Source: Perna viridis
Lineage: Eukaryota
Length of the DNA stretch: 64,000 nt
Direction of reading: 5' to 3'
Assembly (NCBI GenBank): GCA_037379345.1
Contig: CM074514.1
Location: forward strand, 15,500,001 to 15,564,000
The translations under genes were made by a program, and so were the position numbers. Of this stretch, positions 27,403 through 39,538 are shown piece after piece. The notes under the pieces are model-generated. The model ran no database searches, was not told the DNA's origin, and saw nothing but the letters and a program-made list of their open reading frames with translations. How positions within the stretch are numbered: the first letter of the stretch is position 1; the number at the start of each line of letters is the position of its first letter.

Positions 27403-30400
27403 TAGTTGCAATCTTAGAAATGACTTGTGGGAAACAGAGACCATAGACAGATAAAAGATAGACAAGATTGAGAAAAACAATAAGGTAAAAGTTGAATATG
27501 TGCTAGCCCCATGTACAGTCACAGAATTAGGTGATGAGCTTAGCATCATTACCTTATTAACCTTTAACTAAAAAGTATCAGCAATCAATGACATCAATTA
27601 GAAAGAAACATGTTGGCAAGCATCTAACTGTATAGCAATCACATTTTGCTAAATGAGTCTTTATTTCCCAAGTGCAGTCAGGAATACAAACTTTCTAGAA
27701 ATGTGGAACAAATATAATGAGAATAGATGAATATGTCAGAGAAAACAATCTCACCAGGATGAAAGACAAATGTATGTACAATGACAGTAAGTCATGATAA
27801 CTTAACAGACTTCTCAAAGTAGAGTTAAATGGAGAATGTACACATTGCCTTATTTTGTGTATTGGTATTCAAAAAAGTAACCCTCATTTGCTATGTCATT
27901 TACACACGTGGCCTGGAGAATTCAAGGTCTGTTTTTTTCTTTATATGTCTTTTTTTAAGCACTATTATATATTTATATCATACATATTTCTTTTTTCAAA
28001 AGCCCATTAGGGAAAAATTATACTTGTGTTAAAATAAATGGTATCAACATGACTCAACATCAATTTAAAAGTTGTCTATTGAGTATTTCATAGAAACCAA
28101 CCACAACAAATTAACCTTTTAACACTATATGGTTTAAAATTTATGTAAAAGTTGGATTTCTATGGTCATGAACAAAACAAGGTTTTTACAAGGATTTAAT
28201 CTTGGATTTATTTTCTATTTTTGCAAAGTTGGACTATTACTGCAACTTTATTGAAACTGGAAATATAATATGTTCATTACAACCAGAATTGTTTACTTGA
28301 TTGAGCAGTTGATATATTTTAGTTTATCATCAATTGGTACATTTAATGCATTTCAGGACCAAAAAAATCAATTTAATGGGTTGACACTGCTTTCAAAACT
28401 AACCCTCCACTCCTGTAGATCTTTACTTTCAACCTGGATTCTTAACCTGATAAAAGTTTAATAGGTTGATTATGTCGTTAAAAAAATTATCTTTGACTCA
28501 AGGTTTCATATCCAAATGTTACATCATACTTATTATTTCCATTACAGTTCATTTTTAAAAAATTATAGCAAAATTATATAAAAAAGTTTGAAGTTCTGAC
28601 ACTTGTATAGATATCAATACCAAGGATTTCAGATCATGTATTAAACCAGGTATTTTTAGTTTAGGCTTAAATTGATAGTAATATTGAGTTAAACAATAAA
28701 TAAGTGATACATGAAAATGGCATGAAATGAAATCTGCTCTTCTATATATTTGAGAGGTGGGCAAATACTACCACTTCAGTCTTGCAGGTTTTGATATGGA
28801 AACGGGTTATACTTTTTTACACTAATTGTGATACGATAAAGATTGCAGTTTCTATTCAACTTAAACCTTGCTTTTAATAATTTGTCTTTATTATGGATGG
28901 GTGTACTGGTGCTTTTCTATACATCTTTTACGAAGACACATGCAGATTTTCGAATCGAAGCGTGAGCAATTTCAGACAATATTTCCGAGGGCATGCAAGC
29001 TGTTCCATGCAAATATTGTACACGACGGAAACTGTAGTGGTATTTTTTACAATTGATTGTAATTATTCTATACTGACACTTTCTGTCTTTGTTGATAACA
29101 GCTGAACACGTTGAAGAGGTATCATGCTGTTTATTTTTCCCACACAGGAAATCATTTCAGTATACTAATTTTAAAACAAAACTCCGTATCTTTATTTCCG
29201 GATAAAGACGATGCACCACCCGAGATATTCAGACGGCTAATCATAGACTTTAAATAACAATTTCGAGGTCTTCGGTTAATTCAGAATTATGTACATATGA
29301 TTTTACATTGTAACTTGAAGCAATTTCTTATCGAAATATAAAAATGTTAACAAAAAAACATGTATATTGCACATGTAATGTTCACACATGTACGTCACAA
29401 TGTGCGGCTTTTAGTCGGGATGCCCGAGGGGACACATCATATCTTGCAATCTTGTGTTCAATAATGTGGTTTTGCTGCCATTCAATTTGAAATTTTATTA
29501 CTTCAATCAGATTTATTCTGATCTAAGTGATACTTTGCACGAGTTTACATTTCAAATTTATCGATAACAGTGAATTTCGGACATGGAAAAAGAGACATAA
29601 CAAAACAAAAACTAACCGAAAAAGACAGTGAAAAGGAAACATTTCATGTCGAAAATCAAATGGAAATGTTCGGCACAGAAACACATCAAACAGAAACTGT
29701 AAGCATTGGGTATATCATTCATCATATTTCATTCCTTTTTTATGATAAGTTGTACTGTAATAACTTACAAATTACATAGTCTTTATTAAAGAAAATTCAA
29801 ATTGAACATGGTACACAATAAAGTGAAAGATACTTATGTGAATGAAAAATACAGTGCGTTAAAATTTTATATCATAATACAAAAATCACTCACACGTTTC
29901 CACAAATAGATCAGTTATCTAGAGCTTCCTTAAGAAGAAATGAATGCATACGTTTTGATTTGTTTTTTTTTCTTTTTGTTTGTTTTTGTTTTTGTTTTGT
30001 TTGTTTTTGTTTTTGTTCTTTTTTTTTTTTGGGTGGGGGTTAAGGAATGATACATTTGGTGGAAATTACTTTTAAAAGATTTCGCAGACATTTTTCCATT
30101 TAAGCATATAAATAATATGATGCAGACGGCCAATATTATATTATTATGCAAACATAACTTACGTAGATCAGGTATCTTATATATACCAAGCATATTTAGC
30201 GTATTCCCTTTTTGACGTCTTTAAAAAAATATTTCATTTATGATATTGAGTATATTCTCTTTGGATTCACTATTGTAGGTCAAATAGTTAATTCTAACTT
30301 CCTTCCAGTGCTACAATTAGTTCACTATAATGATGAACATAAATGGATGTACTACAAGTTACATTCAAGTGTATACAAAACTCACACAGTCTTATTTGTG

Positions 30401-30834
30401 AAACCTTTTATATTGTACGAATGTTGATAGACAGATGTAATATATGTAATGACAAACAAGTGCATCTTCTGCCCTTGTAGTATTAAGTTCTCTCCTGAGC
30501 AGCAGCAGGTTGATTTTCTAAGGTACCTTATTTCATACAGATTTTAGGTACGTCTTATGATGATTTCGTATATGAAAGGGATCAGACCTTTAAAAAAAAA
30601 AATGCAAAGCAAGCGACATCTGTATTGAAGCCAATGTTGGCATTCATTCGATTTTCAAATTTATCGCCTGTATGAATAATCACAAATTGACTACGACGTG
30701 GAAGGAATGCTATATTTAATTGCCCTGTGGGAGAATAAAAAAAATAACATACTAGCTACGGTGACCTGGGTGTCAATTTGAAACCACATTATGTATGTAC
30801 AATTCAGCTATTCACTATCGACTACTATTCTGCG

Positions 30835-30912
30835 CAGTGACGGATCCAAGGTGGTGCAGAGGAACCAAGGATGGCACCCCTCCTTTACAAAATGTCTGGA
30901 TCCACCCCCTAG
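30835..30912 (+). mobile_element. Short internally deleted copy of the GGATCC-TIR MITE family
   Basis: CAGTGACGGATCC ... TCTGGATCCACCCCT; both ends match the 57337-57514 copy and the middle is absent. Confidence 0.65.
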
Positions 30913-31500
30913 TGCGGAAGTTCGAAGAGTTCATTGAATAAATCCCGAACCTGTCGGAAATAGTTATATGTGTAGATGAACTTCCGTTCAGTTTAAGTCT
31001 TGATTCGAGGCGAGGAGTGTATTTATCATATAACTGTACTAGAATTCTTATTGGTTGGTTAGTTGTTTCATGAGCAATTTACATTCCAATATTTGCTGTC
31101 ATAAAATATCCAATGTCTATGAAGACCCTTTTTCTTATGGATAGTAGCATATTTTTCAAAATTATTACAAAATGTAGTTTGAATCCTTACAGCTCTTTCT
31201 TTCATTTTCCCATTGTCATCATAATCTTTACGAAAAAAACTGATACAAAGTGATCGAGCCCATGAAAGACTTGGACGAATCCAGGACACCAGAGACACAC
31301 ATTAAGCTACTATAATGTATAGTTTGCAATGTACAGGAATCACAGTGTGGAAAGTGCAAACTGAAAATAGAATAAAGTTTTACTGTGAACATATTATGGG
31401 CGTAGAACTTTGTACCAAATCTTTTGACGCGGACTAACCTAAGTAGTCAAATGGCATAAAAAATTTCTAGAGACGTCTATCGAAAGAGGTCAATGTATAT

Positions 31501-31800
31501 AAGGAATGACTGTTATATTTGTTTCGGTCTATGAAGAAGTAATCTCAATCACGTGGTGAACACTAACTAACATTCATAGCAGATTATTTTCAAGTGTGCA
31601 CTCCGGGCATTGAGGTTATTTCAAATAGACCGAAAAAATGATGATTATTCCTTCTAATATAATTGTAGTATCAAATTCGACAGTAAATCATTAAAAACGG
31701 TTGATGAATCCATAGTCACATTTCAAAATTTGGTGTATGAGATGATGGACACATTTTTAACCAATCAGAGAGCGTATTACTTCTGAAATCAAATTATATA
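31501..31800. mobile_element. Palindrome-containing non-autonomous repeat (possibly Crypton-like)
   Basis: Inverted arms aaggaatgac...tttcggtctat (31501-31533) and atagaccgaaa...ttattcctt (31625-31653) enclose a second inverted pair (gtgaacact/agtgtgcac); unique tail containing aaccaatcagagagcg. Class is inference. Confidence 0.5.
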
Positions 31801-33910
31801 AGTGTGCAATAAATTATGAGAGACGATTTAATTTTGAAGCGTATAACTGTGTTCCAAAGGAAACTCACTTTCAATTCGAAATCAACGAAGTGCCTGTAGA
31901 TTCGATAAACATTCGATTGTCGTGTAACCCTCGTCAATCTTCGCAATTACATAGTCGGTAATTTGTAATCACTAACTTGTCGTTATTGCTGTTAACTGAT
32001 GTACATATATAGTACCAAACATTGGCATAAGGACTTATTTCAGTAAACAGTAGACATAGCGGATATTTTACACTCCTTATAAAGAGATGGAGTTTACTAA
32101 CCGTAGGTGTACGGTAATTCCAATCGCCCCAAGATCAAACTAGAAACCAGTTTGTGATGATAATTCAAATTTGTGGCATGTCTCTCTTTTTAATTATTTG
32201 ATCTATTGAATTAGAAATGTGATTGATGTTCCTTAACATCTAAAGTTTTCCAACTTAATGTTTCCGATATGATCTAGGGCTAAATTTATTACAACTATCT
32301 TCCCGAACTAGATAGGCTACTACAATTCGTTTACAAAGAATTTGCATGAAAAATCTATAATTTTCATGAGATACGCTCTAGGAGTGCTTTTTGTGTTTTT
32401 CTCGATGTCTCGAACATTTATTTTGGTGAAACAATTATCATACTTTTATTTCATGCAAATATAAACGTTCAAAAACATCATTAATTCAATATTAATTTAT
32501 ACTCAATACATTCCCACATCAGTAGTTTTTTTTTTATAATCAAAACCCAAATATCGTCTATAAAGAAATAAAAGTATGACTTAAACAAAAATATCCCGTA
32601 ATTCTCAAGCATTTGGATCGATCCTGTATTTTTGTATTAAAGTTAATTTACAAAATTTCATTTTACCACAATGACTCTTGATTTTGTAATTTATTTATCC
32701 ACCCAGCCTTAAAATATGTTTTCATTGCATGCAAAATGTAACACGCGTGAATAAACACTCAGAAATGTTTATGATCGACGCTTTAGAATTTTCTTGAGTT
32801 ATAGTTATCAATTACTGCTATATGGGGCAAATATCACGAAACGCTAACTATTTGCACCTAAATTATAGCGCTTACAGCCGAACTTGATTTGACATTTAAT
32901 TTGTCGGCTGATCTCTGATACTTGATCTACAACCAAATAATTTGTATTCCAAACACCACCATCAAAATCACAGCTCCTTGATTTATTTGATGTTATCTGT
33001 TTTCTTGTTTTGTTTTTGGTTTGTTTGTTTTTGATATTTACGAGTGCTCGGTAGGTTTGCATCGTTTTGTTCTTCATTTTGTTGTAGAATCGCTCCTTTC
33101 TAAAATTTACAATGAGGGATAATATTCAAATTCCTAATATACACCATTATGGAAATGGGTTGCGTGTCTTATGTTGAGAAGGGTAAATGTTGATGTCGAT
33201 GAAGTTAGCTACGGCTTAACTTCTTAAAATATCAATTCTAGATTTAACATGATAACGCTGACCAAAGAAAATAGACCAAAATGTAGAGCTGAACAACAAG
33301 TCACTTTATGTTCAAAGGGGCCTAGGATACCGCTCTATAAACATTTTCACTCAGATGCATGTACATTGAATTTTATTTTTAAAAAAATGATTAATAAATG
33401 TTACTTGAGCAATAATTTGTAGATACTCAATATCCTATGCAATATGAAGACTAAATGACATTTATCATGATAAAATGTAAGCTGAATTCATAGTTATATT
33501 GTGACTGCAACCATTTGTAAGAAGGATTACACCGAGACCAAAAAAATTAATAAAATAAATTACGGATATTTTCAGCTGAAATTTGGACAAAACTTCGATT
33601 GATTAAAGCATGATTTAAATGTATAGTCTGGTAAAATTCGTAGCGGGAGAGGCAGAATCCCTTGGAAACCGCAAGACGAATCAAAGAAGTCAGATAACCA
33701 ATGTAAAAAGACATAAAATGCATAATGTAAATACCCCCGGTAAGGTAGTGGCTATGTTAGCTTCAAACATAATTATATAGTAGTTGTGTAAATAAGAAGT
33801 CGTGCTTATTTTCAGTATAAAGTGCATAACACGTAGATTAGCCTTAAGAATTGTCAAATCGATTCAGAGTATTCGAATAAGAGAAAACAACGGTTTATAA
33901 AACGATAATA

Positions 33911-34190
33911 AAACTAGAAAAACTCTAAACTTGATACCTCCCTCCCCACTTCCCCATTTGATAAAACGCATCTTTCGACCGCCATAATAATTTTATCAAA
34001 ATCTAAAATAGGAGGTGCATAATGCGAATATATAATAAAGATCCTATGAAAATTGCAAATAATTCCATTCAGTGGTATAGTAGGAGTAACGGATAAGAGA
34101 TGTAGTCCCTGTGTAACGGAAGGAAGGAAGGACGGACGAACGGACACCCCTATCACTATTTACCCCCACTTTTCAAGTGCGGGTATAACA
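33911..34190 (+). mobile_element. Helentron-derived non-autonomous element (HINE/DINE-1-like), one internal unit
   Basis: 5' aaactaga, a core unit, GGAA/GGAC microsatellite (34118-34146) and 3' hairpin acccccacttttcaagtgcgggtat; the core unit is homologous to the units at 58010-58440. Confidence 0.7.
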
Positions 34191-34389
34191 AGGACTTCAT
34201 ATTAAGCAAATATAAGAAAACAAAACACACTGAGAACAGCAAAATTAAATAAGAAAAACCTTGTGACACACACGGGTGCATCAGGAGAAACATCTTTTCT
34301 TCCTACAAAAAAACTCCTAATAGAATTTCCGGTAGTATACCTCTATTGTAACATTTCGATACCATATCATTTGATTGCGATGTGCACAT

Positions 34390-35930
34390 GGCATCATCTG
34401 GTATGGAAGGTCAGACACGCCATATCGCCTGGTTGTATAGTGAAACACACCATATCACCTGATTGTGTAGCCAGACACAACATATCACCTGGTAAAGTAG
34501 CCAGACACACCATATCACCTGATGGTGTATCCATACACACCATATCACCTGATGGTGTATCCAGACGTAGTATATCACCCTTTGGGAAAACCAGATACAC
34601 CATATCACCTAGTGGTATAGCCAGACACACCATATCACTTGGTGGGGTAGCCAGACACACCAAAACTTGATAGGGGAATAAAACACACATCTCGCCTGGT
34701 AGGGTTGACACACACACACACACACCTTTTCACACGATGGGGGTATCAGACATACAAATGACCTGATTGGAAATCATTTTCACCATATTACCTAATAAGG
34801 AGCTAGACACGCGGTCTTACATGGTTGTGGAGTTGGATACACCACATCACTTTATGGGTAGCCAGATAAACCATATCACCTAGTGGTGTAGCTAGACACA
34901 CCATATTACCTGATGGGGGATTTAAACACACATTTCGCCTGATGGGGTTCACACACACACACACACACACACCTTTTCACCCGATGGGGGAATTAGACAT
35001 ACAACATCACCTAATTGGGAATCATTTACACCATATCACCTAATGAGGAGCTAAACACGCTATCCCACATGGTTGGGGATTTTGATACAACACATCACTT
35101 AATGGGGAGCCAGACCATATCACCTGGTGGTGTAGCCAGACACGCCATACACCATGTCAACTGGTGTTGCTGGTGGTTTGGCCAGTCACCATATCAACTG
35201 ATAGGGTTCGCCATATTACACATATCGCTTGATGGGGTAGCTAGACACACTTTTTCACCACCTGATGGGGAATCAGACCTACAACATTACCCGATGGGAA
35301 ATCATACACACCATATTACCTAATGGGGAGGGGCGGCAACACACGCCGTCTCACGTGGTTGGGGATTTGGACACACCACATCACTTGATGTAAGTACGGG
35401 CACACCATCTGACCTGGTGTGGGAGCCAGATACACCATATGGTCTGGTGCGGAATTAGACACACAATATAACCTGATTGGAGACGAGACCCAGACACACT
35501 CTATCACCTGGTGGATGAGCCACATACATACCATATCACTTGTTGTGGGAGGTGTAATACACACATTGTCACAAGAGAGGAGTTTGACATTCAGTGTCAC
35601 CTTGTTTTGGAATCAGACGCATCTTATCTTCTAGATTTTGAATTTGGTGCACCATATCACCTAATGGTAGTTAGACACTCCATTTCACCTGTTTAGGGAG
35701 TCAGACATACAAAATCACCTGGTCGGGGGTCAAACACACAAAATCTCCTGTTGTGGGTTCAGACACACCATGTTACCTGGTTTAAGAATCAGAAACACCA
35801 TATTGGTGAGTTATTGGGGAGTTGGGCACGCCACATAACCTGATTGGGAAGCAGACACACAATTTCACTAGGTGGAAGAGGTTCGAAACACCATAACAAT
35901 GTATTGGGGAGTCACACATGCCACAAAATG
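34390..35930. repeat. 30-bp satellite array (about 50 monomers) with a higher-order unit of about 245 bp
   Basis: Monomer ccagacacaccatatcacctgatggtgtag; an 8-monomer block recurs at about 34680, 34925 and partly 35240; (CA)n expansions at about 34708-34725 and 34950-34972. Confidence 0.9.
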
Positions 35931-36938
35931 TTCAAGGTGGAAGTATGTTTAAACTATAATAGTTCTGGAATAACTGGAATAACTTGTGAGTTGACATCTG
36001 AATACCTCATAAGCACATCTGAATGAGGTTTCACCACAAACAGAAAATAGAAAACGATCAATGTAAACAAATTTCCTTACATTTGTTCCAAGTTATATCG
36101 TAAATTGCAGAAGTGTTTATGGTGTCTTTTATCTCCTCCAATGGATGAATGTGATGGATAAAACCAACAAAACGGTAAATAGTTGATTGATAAAAAATGA
36201 TTAACATTAAATCTGAAAAATACTAAAGATCCACAGACAAAATGAAAGAGAACAAATAAAACAGACAAGGATATTAAACAAAGCAAACCAAAGTAAAATA
36301 TAAATTTGGCAACAAAACTAAATCAAACCGTTTACATCGACACAGTTGATTTGTACTAAAAAAAAACTGACCTAGGATTCAAGGAATGTCTAACAGTAGA
36401 TGGTATTAAAACTACTATACCACGTATGTCCACCATCATTGATTGGGAGGTACCAAGTGACAAGTTCATAATTAGGGTTATAAAAATGGATTTTTTTCCT
36501 AAAGAAGGTTTTCTTAAAGAAAATAATTATCACGTTAACAAGTTATATAACTTAGGAGTTAGTATCTTAAAATCACATATTCGTGTGTTGGATAAATAGA
36601 AAGCAGCAAAAATACCATTACAATAATCACATTTGTCTATTTAATTACCCAAGCTTCCCCTTATAACCGATATTTATGAGTGTATCATGTTTTTGACTGT
36701 TCAAAGGCGAATGGGAAAATCCTAAAATCTATAAGTTGATCTTATTGTTAGATCATTCTTCGTGGTTGTTTGTCCTGCTTCGTCAACGCCATCAGTTTCG
36801 TGGATCCTGGAGAAGAGTACACGTATATCTTTTGAACAGGTTAAGAAACACAAGCAAGACAATGTTGTTTTTATTAGACAATTACAACTAACAACTAATT
36901 AAAATAGTAAAGTAAAAAGCAAGTTTTTTTTTACATTA

Positions 36939-37016
36939 TTAATTCTATGCCATTGTATGATCCCCGACATCCTCTTTAATTCTATGCCATAGTATGATCC
37001 CCGACATCCTCTTTAA
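36939..37016. repeat. Near-perfect 37-bp tandem duplication
   Basis: ttaattctatgcca(t/a)gtatgatccccgacatcctct present twice with one mismatch. Confidence 0.9.
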
Positions 37017-37261
37017 CCTAAAAAAAAAAAAAAACAACAGTGCTTAAATAAAACAATATGTAAGAATTTAGTATATCTCATTGAAATTGAAATAGCACAC
37101 AAGACATGAATGTATGTTATTTTTAACAGTCAAAAATTTAGATTTCACAATACAAGGGAGATAACAAGACAAACACACATTTTTCGAGGGATAATCTTCT
37201 GTAGAGATTCGTTTGTATGTAATAATTCGGTTATTTAGGCTTGATATAATTTGTCTGATGG

Positions 37262-37295
<34 letters not shown>

Positions 37296-37756
37296 TATTA
37301 TACATATTCAATACTTGATTTGATCATGAAATGTACAAATGTACGCCAGAACATGAAATAATAGACATGTCGTTTATGTACTCATCTATGCTCACTGAAA
37401 GCCATGAATATGCAACAGAATTTCAACAAAATATTAATGATCTTAATGATGATGAGAAATTTGTATTTTATTACTAATAATAATGTACGTTTTTATACTG
37501 CCAAAATCTGCTTCGACATTTTTATAATCTGGGCGGTGTATTTAATATTCTTGCATGATGTCTGGATTTTACTATCTGTTAATATATATCATGGTTGCTA
37601 TTATAAATGTATATAAACACTTCTTTTTGTCAAGTTTTAAAAATATGTTTATTTTTACATAGTCTCTCATTTCTTTTTAGAGTGGCTTTTGTTATTTCTA
37701 CGTAAGTATAGTTGTTATCTTTCATGTATGTACAAAGGTGAAACTTTGATAAAGAA

Positions 37757-37757
37757 C

Positions 37758-37792
<35 letters not shown>
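37757..37792. repeat. (CTGT)9 microsatellite
   Basis: Read directly from the sequence. Confidence 0.95.
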
Positions 37793-38551
37793 TTCAGTTC
37801 TTATGGGCAGTGAAGAGTTCTTTAGAAGAGCGTAAGATATAATGTAAGATTGACAAAACTGTAAGAAATGTAATAACTAAAACGACAGAGTTGCAGGAGG
37901 TCGTTAGAATACAAATTAACAGCATCTATTTGGACAATCAGAAATTCTTATAACACTACTGTTCCTTCTATTTTATGCCGAATTTTGTACTATAATAAGA
38001 ACAAAAGATCTTCTGTTAAATTATTGTTACGGATGCTAAACGAAATATGTGTTAAACTCTTGTTTTAGAAGCATAGACAGTCTTTTTGGTCATTCAAAAG
38101 GTCACGTTACTTGTCAAATATTGCGTTTTTCAAGGTTTTACAATATCCTTAGGTGTCAAAGTTTATGTCACATTACATTAATTCACTTCACTTCAGTAGT
38201 AATTGTAAATGGAAAAATGGTGGCTATAATGTTTTAACTGTTACATATGTATTCCTATTTTGACTTTTTGACGTTGTCTATGACATATTTGCGAGACCAT
38301 AAAAGTAGAAAAATTGTTAGTTGACAAAATAGAAAAGCTAACAAATTAAACGGTGATTTTTCATTGTCCAAATTATGTCCACAGCTGTACTAAATGATGC
38401 AAATAAGTTAGGTAGTAATAAGTCAACATTTATTTACTGTCCAAAACATTAATTTTTGTTTTCTGGGGAGGGAAGGTATTTTCATGTTGGACATTGAATG
38501 ATAGAACGATACTGTATAAAACAACCAAATTTCATGTTTCAGAGTGCTTAC

Positions 38552-38713
38552 CAGGGCCGTATTCAGACACTTTGAAAAAAGGAAGGATACCATCTGAGGT
38601 TCCTCAGAAAAAGGGGGTGCTAGGACATTATTTGCCATTTCTTGTCAAATTTACACATGAAAATGACAAAGTTTCGATTAAAAGGCCCTGCACCACCTCT
38701 GGATCCGCCATTG
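38552..38713 (-). mobile_element. GGATCC-TIR MITE, full-length copy in reverse orientation
   Basis: Its reverse complement aligns along its length with 57337-57514 (tttgtcattttcatgtgtaaa ... aaatggcaaat.atgtcctagca ... gaacctc). Confidence 0.8.
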
Positions 38714-39332
38714 CTTACCCTACCGGTTTTTAAGATCCTAAATTATTGAAATTTTGCAGATATCTATTTAAAATACACAGTTTTGCAACAGCACGGATAG
38801 AATTTTAAGTGACTTTTTCATTCCCATGTGAATATGTGATGAAGTAATTTACGCAAAAAATAAAATATCGATTTTTTTTATATTCCAATGCATTTTTTAA
38901 CTACGCTCAATTTAGCATGATCTAATATCAAAGCAAAATACACCGTTAACACAATCTTATTAAGAAGAAAGTCACTCCATAAATAAATGTGTCTTTTTGA
39001 CGTTACACTTTACGGTATGTACACCGTGTGCAACATCCATGTCAAAAACCCACCGATCTTACAATATAGTTTCACTCAAGGATGTTTTTTTTTTCCTACT
39101 TGAAAAGACTACTATTTGGTCCTTTGCATCAATGGATTCGCTCAGAGATTTTAAAGTAGAATGTTACAAAAAAGGATCTTCTACGTATTATCTGCAAGTG
39201 TCCGTTTTTTTTTTTTTTTTTTTTTTTACTCTTGATTCTAATGGTGCAAATAAAGTCAAAAAACTTTCAAAACGGTGTTTTTTTATATCATGTTTTACCC
39301 ACTCCCTGATTCTTCCAGAGAATGACACTTAA

Positions 39333-39538
39333 GGAGGTAGACCTAGTGTAAGGGACACAACTCATAAAATCATTGGAACGTTCGTATTCAGCATTTTACA
39401 TCAATGTCATGTAAGCATCAAAGTAACTTAGATTAATTTCATTCTGTGTCAAATGAAAGCTTGATAGCCTTCGGTGAAATTGAATATGATACAAACATAT
39501 CACTGACTTCATAAGTCCCTTACCCTAGGTATACCTCT
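39333..39538. mobile_element. MITE with TTAA target duplication (Kolobok-like)
   Basis: TTAA-GGAGGTAGACCTAGTGTAAGGGAC ... GTCCCTTACCCTAGGTATACCTCT-TTAA; purine-purine termini with a TTAA TSD are typical of Kolobok. Confidence 0.8.

Noticed and set aside
34263-34723. 135-aa and 109-aa repetitive ORFs
   Set aside because: Translations of the 30-bp satellite; the array continues with stops, frameshifts and (CA)n expansions.
36752-37831. GC-richer exon-like plus-strand segments at 36752-36839 and 37798-37831
   Set aside because: Plausible splice sites but no recognisable peptide or consistent gene model; insufficient support without transcripts.
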